In this document: positions 21,052 through 32,771 of the stretch, one piece after another
Layout of the letters: the number at the start of each line of letters is the position of its first letter
Numbering within the stretch: the stretch's first letter is position 1
Assembly (NCBI GenBank): GCA_041396885.1
Contig: JAWKXS010000006.1
Span: 60,655 to 124,654, forward strand
Length of the DNA: 64,000 bases
Origin: Blastomonas sp.
GTDB taxonomy: Bacteria; Pseudomonadota; Alphaproteobacteria; Sphingomonadales; Sphingomonadaceae
Direction: 5' to 3'
Program-made: the position numbers and the translations under genes
The notes under the pieces: generated by a model
What the model was told of the DNA's origin: nothing
The model's input: only the letters and a program-made list of their open reading frames with translations
The model's database searches: none

Positions 21052-21213
21052 GCCGGACGCATCGTCATCCTTTTCACCGACGACCACCATCTTCTCCGCA
21101 TGACGTGCCGAACCCGCAGCACAAAGCCTGCCCATCAGCCTTACAAGGATTGATTGGCCGCATTAACAGTAAAAATCATGGCATTGTACGGCAAACCTGC
21201 TCATTATGCTGCA

Positions 21214-22479
21214 ATGCAAAATGAAATGACCTCCCCCAATGCCCGGACAATGCCAGCGGGTTTCCCGATAGGGCGCCGCGAATTCGTCATCATGATGGCC
21301 TCGCTCATGGCGCTGAACGCACTTGCAATCGACGCGATGCTGCCTGCATTTCCGGCAATTGGCGAGGCACTGGGGGTGGAGGATCACAATCGCCGCCAGT
21401 TCCTGATCAGCATCTATCTGCTCGGCATGGGGCTGGGCTCGCTGGTCTATGGACCGCTGGCGGATCGATTCGGACGCCGTCCGATCCTGCTCATCGCAAT
21501 CGCATCCTATATTCTCTTTTCCATCGCCAGCATGGTCGCGCCAAGCTTTGATTTCCTGCTGACAATGCGTCTGTTTCAGGGGCTGGTGGCCGCGGCCCTT
21601 GGCGTACTGGTCGTGTCGATCATCCGCGACATTTATGCTGGCGACCGCATGGCGCGACTGATGTCGATCATCTTTCTGGTGTTCATGGCGGTGCCAGTCC
21701 TGGCCCCGACAATCGGCCAGATCATGCTGGTCACCGGCGGCTGGCGCAGCATATTCGGCCTGTTCGCGGTGATGGCCGCGCTGGTCGGCCTGTGGGTCTG
21801 GCATCGGTTGCCCGAAACGCTTGAGCCGGAGCGATCCATCCCGATCAGTCCGGCGAGCATTGTCACCATATGGAGCCAGGTGATCTTCAACCGCACGGGT
21901 TTCTTCTATGTGGTCGCCGCAGGCACGGTAATGGGGGCGATGTTCGGTTTTCTGAACAGTTCGCAGCAGATTTTTGCCGATGTTTTCGACGCTGCCGACA
22001 TCTTCCCCTATGCATTTGCCTGTGTCGCGGGGACCATGGCGCTTTCCAGCTGGTTCAACAGCACCATTGTCGAGCGCTTCGGTGCGCGCCGTGTGTCACA
22101 TGCCGCCTTGTGCGTCTTCCTGCTGCTATCCCTGCTGCAGATCGCGGCGACGCGGCTGGAGCCGGAGCCGATGCCGCTGTTCCTGACGCTGCTCGCCGCC
22201 AATATGGGTGTTGTGGGCTTTATTGGTGCGAATTTCGGCTCGATCGCGATGGAGCCGTTTTTCGACATGGCGGGGGCAGCTTCCTCCTTCCAGTCATTCG
22301 TTCGCACAGTGATGGCAGCATTGATCGGAGCCGCGATCGGCCAGCGCTTCGACGGATCGACGCTGCCGCTGACCGAAGGCTTTCTGGCGAGCGGCCTGAT
22401 GGCACTGGCGCTGATATTGATAGCGGAAAAGGGGCGGTTGTTCCGCCGCCCCCATACCTGCCCGAACTCGCCTTATTAG
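21214..22479 (+). CDS. MFS transporter, Bcr/CflA-type drug-resistance subfamily
   Basis: It has 12-TM-like hydrophobic periodicity and the motif GPLADRFGRRP. The start is uncertain: 21154 TTG, 21178 ATG or 21214 ATG. Confidence 0.75.
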   Translation: MQNEMTSPNARTMPAGFPIGRREFVIMMASLMALNALAIDAMLPAFPAIGEALGVEDHNRRQFLISIYLLGMGLGSLVYGPLADRFGRRPILLIAIASYILFSIASMVAPSFDFLLTMRLFQGLVAAALGVLVVSIIRDIYAGDRMARLMSIIFLVFMAVPVLAPTIGQIMLVTGGWRSIFGLFAVMAALVGLWVWHRLPETLEPERSIPISPASIVTIWSQVIFNRTGFFYVVAAGTVMGAMFGFLNSSQQIFADVFDAADIFPYAFACVAGTMALSSWFNSTIVERFGARRVSHAALCVFLLLSLLQIAATRLEPEPMPLFLTLLAANMGVVGFIGANFGSIAMEPFFDMAGAASSFQSFVRTVMAALIGAAIGQRFDGSTLPLTEGFLASGLMALALILIAEKGRLFRRPHTCPNSPY

Positions 22480-22480
22480 G

Positions 22481-23911
22481 CTATCCCATAAGATTGGGGA
22501 AAAGTCCCAGCACAAGGATCAGCGTCAGCGCGACCGGGCACAGCCAGGCCACCAGAAAACGCCAGGTAAGGTGCAGCCCTCCGCTGATGCCATTTTCCGC
22601 ATCGGTCAGCTTGCGATCAGCAACCCAGCCGACAAAGATCGCGGTCAGCAGCCCGCCCAGCGGCAACAGCATCTGGCCGGTGAACTTGTCGACAATACCA
22701 AAGAAATTCTGCCCTTCGAACAGGGGCACGAAATTCAATGGAAACCAGTTTGCGAGCGAGTTGAACGACAGCGCCGACAGAATCCCGATTGCAAAGGCCA
22801 GCAGGCCCAGGCCGATGGCTGCATTGCGACGGCTCCACCCGAATTTATGCGTTGCCCAGCTTGTCGGTGCCTCAAGCAGCGATACCGAGCTTGTCAGCGC
22901 GGCGAAGAACACCATCACGAAGAACAGCAGCCCGATCAGCGATCCAGCGGGCATTGCCTGAAATGATTCAGGCAGCGTCTGGAACATCAGCGTGGGACCG
23001 GCGGCGACATCAAGACCGGCAGCGAATACAATCGGGAAGATTGCCAGACCCGCAATGATTGCAACCGCTGTATCGGCACCGGCGATGATTGCCGATGTCC
23101 CCGCCAGATTGGTCTGCCGGTCGGCATAGGCACCATAGGTAATCATCAGCGCCGAGCCGAGCGAGAGCGAGAAAAACGCCTGGCCGAGCGCGGAGAGCAT
23201 GACCGGGCCGTGCAGCAACCGGGCGGGGTCGAAAGCGAACATGAACCGCAATGCCTCGGCAAAGGCCCCGGTAAATGCGCCATAGACGGTAATCCCGACG
23301 ATCAGCACGAAAAAGCTTGGCATCAGCCACGTCGCCACCTTCTCAATGCCACCAGACACCCCGCGCGCGACCGCATAGACGGTTGCCAGCATGAACAGGG
23401 CATGCATGCCGATCATCGTGACATTATTCTCGAACAGGGCAGGCAAAAGCGCCTGAACCTCATCGGCCTGCTGTCCGGCAAAGGCCCCGCCAAGCAGGTT
23501 GCCGCTGCTGAGCGAGGACAGCAGATCGCCTGCAAAAACGCCGATATAATAGAATACCCAGCCGGCAATGACGCTGTAGAAACTGAGGATCAGGAAGGCC
23601 GCAAGCGTGCCGATGGTCGCAAGGATGGACCAGTGTTCGGATGCACCCGATTCGCGCGCTACCTTTCGCGTGCTGCCGACTGCCGATGAGCGGCCATGAC
23701 GCCCGATAAGCGCCTCTGAAAGAAGCAGGGGAATACCGATGAGCAGGACACACAGGATATAGAAAATCACAAAGGCGCCGCCGCCATTGGAACCTGCTTC
23801 GGATGGAAAGCGCCACAAATTACCCAGTCCAACCGCTGAGCCCACTGCAGCCATGATGAACGCCCAACGTGACGACCAGCCTTCCCCCGAAGCGCCTGCC
23901 TGTCCTGCCAT
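22481..23911 (-). CDS. Sodium-dependent transporter of the NSS/SNF family
   Basis: It has the motif GSAVGLGNLWRFPSEAGSNGGGAF. The start is the ATG after GGAGAG. Confidence 0.85.
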   Translation of the reverse strand: MAGQAGASGEGWSSRWAFIMAAVGSAVGLGNLWRFPSEAGSNGGGAFVIFYILCVLLIGIPLLLSEALIGRHGRSSAVGSTRKVARESGASEHWSILATIGTLAAFLILSFYSVIAGWVFYYIGVFAGDLLSSLSSGNLLGGAFAGQQADEVQALLPALFENNVTMIGMHALFMLATVYAVARGVSGGIEKVATWLMPSFFVLIVGITVYGAFTGAFAEALRFMFAFDPARLLHGPVMLSALGQAFFSLSLGSALMITYGAYADRQTNLAGTSAIIAGADTAVAIIAGLAIFPIVFAAGLDVAAGPTLMFQTLPESFQAMPAGSLIGLLFFVMVFFAALTSSVSLLEAPTSWATHKFGWSRRNAAIGLGLLAFAIGILSALSFNSLANWFPLNFVPLFEGQNFFGIVDKFTGQMLLPLGGLLTAIFVGWVADRKLTDAENGISGGLHLTWRFLVAWLCPVALTLILVLGLFPNLMG

Positions 23912-23990
23912 ATTATTCTCTCCCCGAATGTGCGGGGACATTAGCCGGTGCGCGACGTTCGGCCAAGCGAAACCCGATTGTCCGCAATTC

Positions 23991-25619
23991 TCACGGACGC
24001 CATTCCGGATCGACGCGATAGCGCGCTGCAATCGCCGGATCGACCATGATGCGCCGCATCACCGGGAATGATGCCCGCATGCCACAGCTCACAAAATCGA
24101 CCGCCGCCGGCTCTTCCTCATAATCCGGATGGCCATTGTCGATAATATCCATTTCATCGCCGATCAGGCGAAAGATGCGGGCAAAGCTGGCGCTTTCGTC
24201 ATGCGGCACAATATACCATCCGGTCTTGCCGTCGCGATGGGCGCCGCTTGCACCGAGGCCGCAGGTATGTGCGTTCGCGCCAACCGCCTCGCCTTCAATA
24301 TCATAGCCGCCATTCGCCCTCGCAATAAGCACGACATGCACATAGGAATCGGCCGCCAGCACCGGCGCGATGCGCGCAAAAAGTGCTGACCCACGCATGG
24401 CATCGGTGAGCGGCAGGACATCATCGACGAACAGCGCCGCCTCCCCTTCGGCAAGGCCGGTCATATCATCCAGCGGGGCCAGCAATTCGCCGATCCTGCC
24501 ATTATAGCTGTCCACCACGCATTGCCGCGCGGCATATTCGTCCGGATCAGCCATGCACGCATTGCGCTCGCGCAACCATGTGCGCTGTGCCTCGCGATGG
24601 GGCTGTGGCGGCAGCTTGCCAGAGGCCGGATTGGAATCAATGACCGGCTGGCGGGCGTACAGCCACGCCATCTGGCGATCGAGACGCCGCAATTCGCTCT
24701 CATACTCGCCGCAGATCAGCTTCTCGACCGGACTCGCTGCCTTTGCGCAATCAAAGGACGGGGCGTTGCCAGCCTTGGCCGCAATCGCATGATCGGCGAT
24801 CAGCTCCCTGGCTTCATCCGCGCTGACGGACACCATTGTATCGCCACCTGCAAGGATCAGCGGACCCGCGAATTCCGCTGCGGCGAAATCCGGCAACTGG
24901 CCGGGTCCAATGCGCGTCCCGTGAAGCCGCGCCCTCGCCACATCCATGTCATACAGGTGATAGCTCTCCAGCATCGCGCCGGAAAAATCGGTTCCCCGGG
25001 CGCTCACCGCCTCATCGCCGGTATAGACCGGGCAGCCATCATCGAGCGTGATGCCGCAGTCAAAGCGAAAGCCGCGCATGTTTGCGCCATCAATGCGCCA
25101 GCCGGAAATCGAGGATTCAAACCAGCCGCCATCAAACTGGCCGTCTGAAAAATCGGCCCCGCTGGCGTCCACATTCACCAGATTGGCGTTGCGAAACAGC
25201 ACGCCCGGCATGTGCGCATCGCGCAGCACTGCCCCCTCCAGATCAGCACCGACAAAGCCGATGGAAGGCGCATGCACGCCCGTCCAGTTCGTTCCGGCCA
25301 GCTTTGTCCCGCTGAAGCAGAGCCTGGCAAATGCCGTTCCGCTGAAATCCCGGCCGGAAAAATCACCGCCTTCGACAATCACCGTCCGCTTGCCGACAAG
25401 CCGGTTATCGACCGCCTCTGCGAGTTCCTGCACCGAAGCCAGATTTGCACCATCAAGCCGGTAGAGCGAGGCATCCGTGCCGGCCTCCCCCCAGACATCA
25501 CCAAGTGCCGCGGCGCATTGCACCTCGCCTGCTTCCTCTGCCAGTGCAGAATTTCCGGTGAGAAACAGGAACAATGCCGCAAGCAAACCAGCCAGTTTCG
25601 AGTTGGATGCCATCATCAA
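23991..25619 (-). CDS. Secreted pentapeptide-repeat protein with a DUF1311/LprI-like module and an unknown C-terminal domain
   Basis: It has a signal peptide. Pentapeptide-like repeats include ADLEGAVLRDAHMPGVLFRNANLVNVDASGADFSDG. The Cys-containing segment is FDCAKAASPVEKLICG...QRTWLRERNAC. Confidence 0.7.
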   Translation of the reverse strand: MMMASNSKLAGLLAALFLFLTGNSALAEEAGEVQCAAALGDVWGEAGTDASLYRLDGANLASVQELAEAVDNRLVGKRTVIVEGGDFSGRDFSGTAFARLCFSGTKLAGTNWTGVHAPSIGFVGADLEGAVLRDAHMPGVLFRNANLVNVDASGADFSDGQFDGGWFESSISGWRIDGANMRGFRFDCGITLDDGCPVYTGDEAVSARGTDFSGAMLESYHLYDMDVARARLHGTRIGPGQLPDFAAAEFAGPLILAGGDTMVSVSADEARELIADHAIAAKAGNAPSFDCAKAASPVEKLICGEYESELRRLDRQMAWLYARQPVIDSNPASGKLPPQPHREAQRTWLRERNACMADPDEYAARQCVVDSYNGRIGELLAPLDDMTGLAEGEAALFVDDVLPLTDAMRGSALFARIAPVLAADSYVHVVLIARANGGYDIEGEAVGANAHTCGLGASGAHRDGKTGWYIVPHDESASFARIFRLIGDEMDIIDNGHPDYEEEPAAVDFVSCGMRASFPVMRRIMVDPAIAARYRVDPEWRP

Positions 25620-25661
25620 TATCCCGAAAGGTTCAACCTGCCGACGCTATCTCCGGAATGC

Positions 25662-26042
25662 TTAATCGCGCATGAGCATCGGCCCAAGAGGCTTGCCGCC
25701 AAAGATATGTATATGAAGGTGCGGAACCTCCTGATGACCATGCTTGCCGATATTGGCGAGCAGCCTGTAACCCGGCTCGACCAGCCCCAGCGACCGGGCG
25801 ACATGGCCGACACCGCGCACAAAGCCGCCAATTTCAGCATCGCTTGCCCGCGCGCTGAAATCGTCCCAGCTCACATAGCTGCCCTTGGGAATGACAAGCA
25901 CATGATCGGGCGCCTGCGGATTGATATCGTGAAAGGCGAGGCAATGCTCGTCCTCATGTACCTTGTTGCAGGGAATTTCGCCGCGCAGGATTTTCGCGAA
26001 GATATTCTGGTCATCATAGGGAAGCGTCGGATCAATCGGCAT
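25662..26042 (-). CDS. HIT-family (histidine triad) protein
   Basis: The HxHxHxx motif HLHIHIFGG is present. Confidence 0.85.
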   Translation of the reverse strand: MPIDPTLPYDDQNIFAKILRGEIPCNKVHEDEHCLAFHDINPQAPDHVLVIPKGSYVSWDDFSARASDAEIGGFVRGVGHVARSLGLVEPGYRLLANIGKHGHQEVPHLHIHIFGGKPLGPMLMRD

Positions 26043-26060
26043 GGTTTGGTTTCCCCTGTA

Positions 26061-26381
26061 TCAGGCCCGGGTCCGTGAGGATTTTTCGGCAATGCCCGAT
26101 ACGCCTTCGCGGCGGCGCAGCTCGTCGAGCACATCGTCAAAGGACAAATCCATGTCAGCCAGCAGCATGAGCAGATGAAAGACCAGGTCCGCTGCTTCCG
26201 ATATGGTGGCGTCATCATCGCCCGCCACAGCAGCAATGACCGTTTCCACCGCCTCCTCGCCCAGTTTCTGGGCCAATTTCGCGCGGCCCTTGGCGGCAAG
26301 CGAGGCGACATAGCTGTCGCTCGCACCGGCGGCCCGGCGTTCGCGGATGGTCTGTTCAAGCTGTTCGATAAAGTCTGGCAT
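26061..26381 (-). CDS. hisE: Phosphoribosyl-ATP pyrophosphatase
   Basis: Motifs are SYVASLAAKGRAKLAQKLGEEAVE and EAADLVFHLLMLL. I trimmed the start to MPDFIEQL. Confidence 0.85.
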   Translation of the reverse strand: MPDFIEQLEQTIRERRAAGASDSYVASLAAKGRAKLAQKLGEEAVETVIAAVAGDDDATISEAADLVFHLLMLLADMDLSFDDVLDELRRREGVSGIAEKSSRTRA

Positions 26382-26416
26382 CACCGCCGCATCTCTGCGC
26401 GCTCCGCCGATGCGGG

Positions 26417-26746
26417 TCAAGAGGAGCCGCTGCCCGATTTTTTGCCGGTGCCGTCGCTGATCCGCCGCTTCGCGGCCCAGCGGCCAAAAACCAGGCCGAC
26501 CAGACCCATCAGCAGCAATGCAAAGTTGGTGGGCTCATCGATCGTGACCCAGGGTTTGGACTTCACAGGTTCGCCGGCTTTTGCATCCGCCTTTTGTTGC
26601 GCGTTACTTTCCGCACAGACCGCATCATTCGCACATGAAATATCGGCGGCCTCAGCCTTTTCAACAGGCATGGCATTGCCCGCCAGCCCCGGTGACGACA
26701 GGGCGAGCAGCAAAAATGCGGTGAACAGGTGAACGGCTTTCCTCAT
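26417..26746 (-). CDS. Small secreted protein with a PEP-CTERM-like C-terminal anchor
   Basis: It has the signal peptide MRKAVHLFTAFLLLALSSPGLAG. The tail is IDEPTNFALLLMGLVGLVFGRWAAKRR. It lies between hisF and hisE. Confidence 0.5.
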   Translation of the reverse strand: MRKAVHLFTAFLLLALSSPGLAGNAMPVEKAEAADISCANDAVCAESNAQQKADAKAGEPVKSKPWVTIDEPTNFALLLMGLVGLVFGRWAAKRRISDGTGKKSGSGSS

Positions 26747-26900
26747 TGCCCGGCAACATCGCAAGAAACCTGCCAGTTTCGGCAAGCAAAGCCTGTCTGC
26801 GGCTTGCAAAGGTTAACAGCCCGGCCGCAAAGCTGGTTAATGTAAAATCCGCCGACGTTTACCGATTAAACCCCTGTAATATAAGGGTCGGTCACGGCTG

Positions 26901-27674
26901 CTATGACAGAGGCGTTCGCGCCGCGACACCGGCGGCGCGCAGCGCGGCATGCGCCTCTGCCATGGTGACTTCGCCAAAGTGAAAGATCGACGCGGCCAGC
27001 ACCGCGCTTGCGCCGCCAAGCGTCACGCCTTCCACAAGATGCTCCAGATTGCCTACACCGCCGCTCGCAACCACCGGCACATCAACCTGGCCGGAAATGG
27101 TGCGGATCAGATCGATATCATAGCCGATCTTGGTGCCGTCACGGTCCATCGAGGTGACCAGCAACTCCCCTGCCCCCAGTTCGGCGAGGCGCAGGGCATG
27201 CGACACGGCATCGATGCCGGTCGGCTTGCGCCCGCCATGGGTGAAAATTTCCCAGCCCGAGCCATCGGCATGGCGCCGGGCATCGACACTGGCAACGACG
27301 CACTGGCTGCCAAAGCGTTCGGCCATGTCGCCGACCAGTTCGGGCCGCGCCACTGCCGCGCTGTTCACCGCGACCTTGTCTGCCCCGGCAAGCAGCAGCG
27401 CGCGGGCATCATCGGCGCTGCGTACGCCGCCGCCGACGGTCAGCGGCATGAAGCAGACCGCAGCTGTCCGTCGCACGACATCGATGATAGTCCCGCGATC
27501 CTCATGGCTGGCGGTGATATCGAGAAAGCACAGCTCATCCGCGCCTGCCGCGTCATAGGCGCGCGCCTGCTCGACCGGATCGCCCGCATCCTTCAAATCA
27601 ACGAAATTGACACCCTTCACGACCCGGCCATTGGCAACGTCGAGACACGGAATGACCCTGATGCGAACCGTCAC
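26901..27674 (-). CDS. hisF: Imidazole glycerol phosphate synthase cyclase subunit
   Basis: Motifs are [16 protein letters not shown] and GGGVRS. Confidence 0.95.
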   Translation of the reverse strand: MTVRIRVIPCLDVANGRVVKGVNFVDLKDAGDPVEQARAYDAAGADELCFLDITASHEDRGTIIDVVRRTAAVCFMPLTVGGGVRSADDARALLLAGADKVAVNSAAVARPELVGDMAERFGSQCVVASVDARRHADGSGWEIFTHGGRKPTGIDAVSHALRLAELGAGELLVTSMDRDGTKIGYDIDLIRTISGQVDVPVVASGGVGNLEHLVEGVTLGGASAVLAASIFHFGEVTMAEAHAALRAAGVAARTPLS

Positions 27675-28414
27675 GTCCGGCCCGCCATGGCGATTGCGGT
27701 CGCCAGATCGAGCCGTCCGTCGTACAGAGCCCGCCCGGTAATCACGCCCTCAATCCCGTCATCGGCATGCAGCGCCAGCAGGCGAATATCGTCCAGCCCC
27801 TTGACCCCGCCGCTGGCGATCACCGGAATATCGGTCGCCCGCCCAAGTTCGAGCGTCGCATCGACATTGCAGCCTTTGAGCAAGCCGTCACGGCCGACAT
27901 CGGTGAACAACAGGCTGGCGACCCCGGCATCCTCAAACCGGCGCGCCATATCGGCTATCGGCACTTCGGAAACATCGGCCCAGCCATCGGTGGCGACAAA
28001 CCCGTCGCGCGCATCAACCGCAACGACAATGCCATTTTCATATTCGCGCGCCATGTCGCGGACGAATTGCGGATCGCGCAGCGCAGCAGTGCCGATCACC
28101 ACCCGGGCCGCGCCCAGATCGAACCAGCCTGCAACCGCCGCTGGCTCGCGAATGCCGCCGCCAACCTGTACATGACCCGGAAAGCCGGTGATGATCGACG
28201 CGACCGCATCGCGATTGACGGCATGACCGGCAAAGGCACCGTCCAGATCGACGACATGCAGATGTTCGGCGCCAGCCTGCGCAAACAGCATCGCCTGGGC
28301 CAGCGGATCGTCGCCATAAACCGTCGCGCGATCCATATCGCCTTCGGCAAGACGCACCACCTGACCCTGTTTCAGATCGATTGCGGGAAAGACGATAATG
28401 CTCATGGCGTCCAC
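27671..28414 (-). CDS. hisA: ProFAR isomerase
   Basis: Motifs are [16 protein letters not shown] and SGGV. It overlaps both hisF and hisH. Confidence 0.9.
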   Translation of the reverse strand: MDAMSIIVFPAIDLKQGQVVRLAEGDMDRATVYGDDPLAQAMLFAQAGAEHLHVVDLDGAFAGHAVNRDAVASIITGFPGHVQVGGGIREPAAVAGWFDLGAARVVIGTAALRDPQFVRDMAREYENGIVVAVDARDGFVATDGWADVSEVPIADMARRFEDAGVASLLFTDVGRDGLLKGCNVDATLELGRATDIPVIASGGVKGLDDIRLLALHADDGIEGVITGRALYDGRLDLATAIAMAGRT

Positions 28415-29016
28415 TCGCGAAAGCGCTGCAGAAAGGCAAGGCCGTATTTCTGGCTCTTTTCCGGATGAAACTGCACGCCGATCATATTGTCGCGCGCGAC
28501 CGCCGCGACCAGCGATCCGCCATGATCGGTAGTGGCGGCAATATCCTCGGCATGAAGCGGATGGAAATGATAGCCATGGAGGAAATAGGCCTCGCCCGGC
28601 TCGATCAGCCCTGCCGACACCGGCTGCACGTCATTCCAGCCCATATGCGGAACCTTGACGCCTTCGTCCGGTAGGATTTCTTCGACGGTTCCGGCGATCC
28701 AGCCCAGCCCCTTATGTGCGCCATGTTCGACACCGGCATCGGCCATAAGCTGCATGCCGACACAGATGCCCAGAAACGGCACACCGTCACGGCGCACCCG
28801 CTGCTCCAGCGCCTCCACCATCCCGTCAAGCGCGGCAAGCCCGCTGGCGCATGCCCCGAACGCTCCGACTCCGGGCAGGACGATACGGCTCGCGCGCATG
28901 ACTGCATCGGGGTGCGCGGTGATCACGACATTATCGGCGCCACTCGCGGCAAGGGCGTTGGCGACGCTGTGCAGATTACCCGCGCCATAATCGATCAGGG
29001 CGATACTATCGGCCAT
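28402..29016 (-). CDS. hisH: Imidazole glycerol phosphate synthase glutaminase subunit
   Basis: Motifs are IALIDYGAGNLHSV, GICVGMQ and HMGWN. Confidence 0.95.
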   Translation of the reverse strand: MADSIALIDYGAGNLHSVANALAASGADNVVITAHPDAVMRASRIVLPGVGAFGACASGLAALDGMVEALEQRVRRDGVPFLGICVGMQLMADAGVEHGAHKGLGWIAGTVEEILPDEGVKVPHMGWNDVQPVSAGLIEPGEAYFLHGYHFHPLHAEDIAATTDHGGSLVAAVARDNMIGVQFHPEKSQKYGLAFLQRFREWTP

Positions 29017-29034
29017 TTGTCTCAGGTACCCCGG

Positions 29035-29628
29035 CTAGCCGCCAAGCTGGCCCTTGGTCGAAGGGATAGCGCCCTGCTTGCGCGGATCGATCTCGACCGC
29101 CAGCCGCATGGCGCGGGCAAATCCCTTGTAAATGCTTTCGCAAATATGATGGTTGTTCTGGCCATAGAGCAGTTCGATATGCAGCGTCAGCCCGGCAGAC
29201 TGGGCGATGGAATGGAACCAGTGCTCGAACAGCTCGGTATCCATTTCGCCCAGCCGTTCCTGGGTAAAGCCAGCTTTCCAGACCAGAAAGGGCCGCCCCG
29301 AAATATCGACCGCCACCCGGCTCAGCGTCTCGTCCATCGGCGAATAGGCGCTGCCATAACGGACGATGCCCGCCTTGTTGCCGAGCGCCTTGTCGATCGC
29401 CTGGCCGATGGCAATCGCGCAATCCTCGGTCGTGTGGTGCTGATCGACATGCAGGTCGCCGCTGATCCGGCAGTCGATATCGATCAGCGAGTGGCGCGAA
29501 AACTGCTCCACCATATGATCGAGAAAGCCGATTCCGGTTGAAATCGAATAGGCACCGGCTCCGTCCAGATTGACGGCAACGGCGATTTCCGTCTCGCGGG
29601 TATTGCGTTCGATACTGGCTGTGCGCAT
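29035..29628 (-). CDS. hisB: Imidazoleglycerol-phosphate dehydratase
   Basis: Motifs are [16 protein letters not shown] and [14 protein letters not shown]. Confidence 0.95.
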   Translation of the reverse strand: MRTASIERNTRETEIAVAVNLDGAGAYSISTGIGFLDHMVEQFSRHSLIDIDCRISGDLHVDQHHTTEDCAIAIGQAIDKALGNKAGIVRYGSAYSPMDETLSRVAVDISGRPFLVWKAGFTQERLGEMDTELFEHWFHSIAQSAGLTLHIELLYGQNNHHICESIYKGFARAMRLAVEIDPRKQGAIPSTKGQLGG

Positions 29629-29742
29629 GCGCCCCCTATAGCCGCGCGCAAGGGCTGTGCAACTGGTTTGCGGGTCGCCGCCTGCAGAATTTCAGACCAT
29701 AACCGACTTGACCCTTTTACCCTGAAGGGCCACCTGTACCGC

Positions 29743-30228
29743 ATGAGCGACCAGTTGCCCGACAGTATGATTCCCTATGACGAGATCGTGCAGGAGGCCC
29801 TGCGCGCCGTTGTCGGCCGCGTGCTGGGCGAGGTGGAGCTTAGCGGACTGCCGGGCGATCACCATTTCTATATCACCTTCAAGACCCAGGCCGCCGATGT
29901 CGAAATTCCCGCGCATCTGGTCGAGCGTTTTCCCGATGAGATGACGATTGTCCTGCAACAGAAATTCTGGGACCTGAAGGTCGGCGAGGACGGTTTTTCC
30001 GTCGGGCTGAGCTTCAACCGCGTCCCCGCCCATCTGTTCATCCTCTATGGCGCGATTACCGCCTTTGTCGATCCTGCGGTCGATTTCGGCCTGCAGTTCC
30101 ATGTCGCACTCGATGACAAGCCCGAACCGCATGACAGTGCCGAAAATGATGCACCCGATGGGGCTGGCGGGGATGGCGATGATGATGGATCGAATGTCGT
30201 GACCATCGATTTTCGGGGCAAGAAATAA
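29743..30228 (+). CDS. sspB: SspB-like ClpXP adaptor, alphaproteobacterial type
   Basis: It has YDEIVQEALRAVVGRVL...HHFYITF and an acidic tail. I trimmed the start to MSDQLPD. Confidence 0.65.
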   Translation: MSDQLPDSMIPYDEIVQEALRAVVGRVLGEVELSGLPGDHHFYITFKTQAADVEIPAHLVERFPDEMTIVLQQKFWDLKVGEDGFSVGLSFNRVPAHLFILYGAITAFVDPAVDFGLQFHVALDDKPEPHDSAENDAPDGAGGDGDDDGSNVVTIDFRGKK

Positions 30229-30246
30229 TCACAAGGCGATTGCGCC

Positions 30247-31641
<1,395 letters not shown>

Positions 31642-31700
31642 GGCAGGCTGGAGACGTCGCAGGGATCGAATGACGGCGTGCAGCGTATTGAGGGAGAGCC

Positions 31701-32108
31701 ATGAGCATCGACAAGCCCGATGAAACGGCATCCGAAACGAACAATGAGCAGGACATGCCAGCGGATTCCACTGCGATACCCCAGGACGCGACCCGCGTGG
31801 CAATCACCGAAGTCGCCACCCGCAGCGCCGCCCTGGTCGCGCGTCGGGCAATTTCCGACACGCTGTTGCGGCAGTTCGTCAGTTCAGAGGCGCGTCGCCA
31901 GGCAAAGAAGATGTCGCTTGGCGGCTCGCTGGTCGGCATCGTCGCATCGCGCATCGCAACACGGTCCGTACCGGGCGCACTGCTGGTCGGCACGATCCTG
32001 GCAGGCAAGGCCTATGGCGATTATCGCAGGGCGAAAAAGGCCCGCAAGGCTGAAGAAACCGGTCCCATCACGGACGAGGTAGCAGACGGGAAACCGGAAA
32101 AGAACTGA
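31701..32108 (+). CDS. Hypothetical protein
   Basis: It is a 135-aa ORF in an otherwise empty gap. One hydrophobic segment is present and no motif is recognised. Confidence 0.4.
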   Translation: MSIDKPDETASETNNEQDMPADSTAIPQDATRVAITEVATRSAALVARRAISDTLLRQFVSSEARRQAKKMSLGGSLVGIVASRIATRSVPGALLVGTILAGKAYGDYRRAKKARKAEETGPITDEVADGKPEKN

Positions 32109-32121
32109 TTGAGCCTGATGG

Positions 32122-32724
32122 CTAGCCGGACTTGCCCGTGACCCAATAGCCGCTCGCGCCGTCCTGCCACTGCTTCACAGACTCGAGCGGATAGCTGAGC
32201 ATCAGGATATTGAGCGCCAGATTGTCGCGTATCGCCCAGGCCGTCAGCGCCTCGAACACCAGCGCCAGCGCCACTGTCGCCTTCCAGGGGAGACGCGACG
32301 CCATGAAGAAGCCCAGCACCATCCAGCACATGTCGGCCATGCTGTTGATGATCGAATCCCCTTCATAGCCGTAAGAGATCGTCACCTCGCGATAGCGATC
32401 GATGATGATCGGGCTGTTTTCCAGAACTTCCCAGCTGCCCTCTGCCAGCAGCGCCGCGCACAAGGCAACGCCGAGCGGCCAGCGCCGCAGCAAGAGGCCG
32501 CCAAGGCCGAAAAAAATGAAGCCATGAATGATATGGCTGGGCGTGTACCAGTCGGCAATGTGCTGGCTGTTTTCCGATGACTGCACGATGAGGTGCAACA
32601 GCTTCACCTCGCCACAGGTGCAGATCGGCGGACGGTCCATCGCGAACAGGATGACGGCAAAGGCAATGAAGATAAGCAGCGCGATCGCCGCACTCCGCTT
32701 GCTGATTTTCAACGGCCAATGCAT
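32122..32724 (-). CDS. DUF2585/UPF0314-family membrane protein
   Basis: It is multi-TM. The segment HIADWYTPSHIIHGF...EVLENSP resembles the UPF0314 family. Confidence 0.6.
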   Translation of the reverse strand: MHWPLKISKRSAAIALLIFIAFAVILFAMDRPPICTCGEVKLLHLIVQSSENSQHIADWYTPSHIIHGFIFFGLGGLLLRRWPLGVALCAALLAEGSWEVLENSPIIIDRYREVTISYGYEGDSIINSMADMCWMVLGFFMASRLPWKATVALALVFEALTAWAIRDNLALNILMLSYPLESVKQWQDGASGYWVTGKSG

Positions 32725-32771
32725 CGGCCCTGCCCCCCTTTGCTCAGCGCCCGCCCAAAAGGCTTGACGCC

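Noticed and set aside
21052-21153. Search for an alphaproteobacterial SOS (LexA) box upstream of dinB.
   Set aside because: No GTTC-N7-GTTC or GAAC-N7-GAAC is present. There is only a single GAAC.
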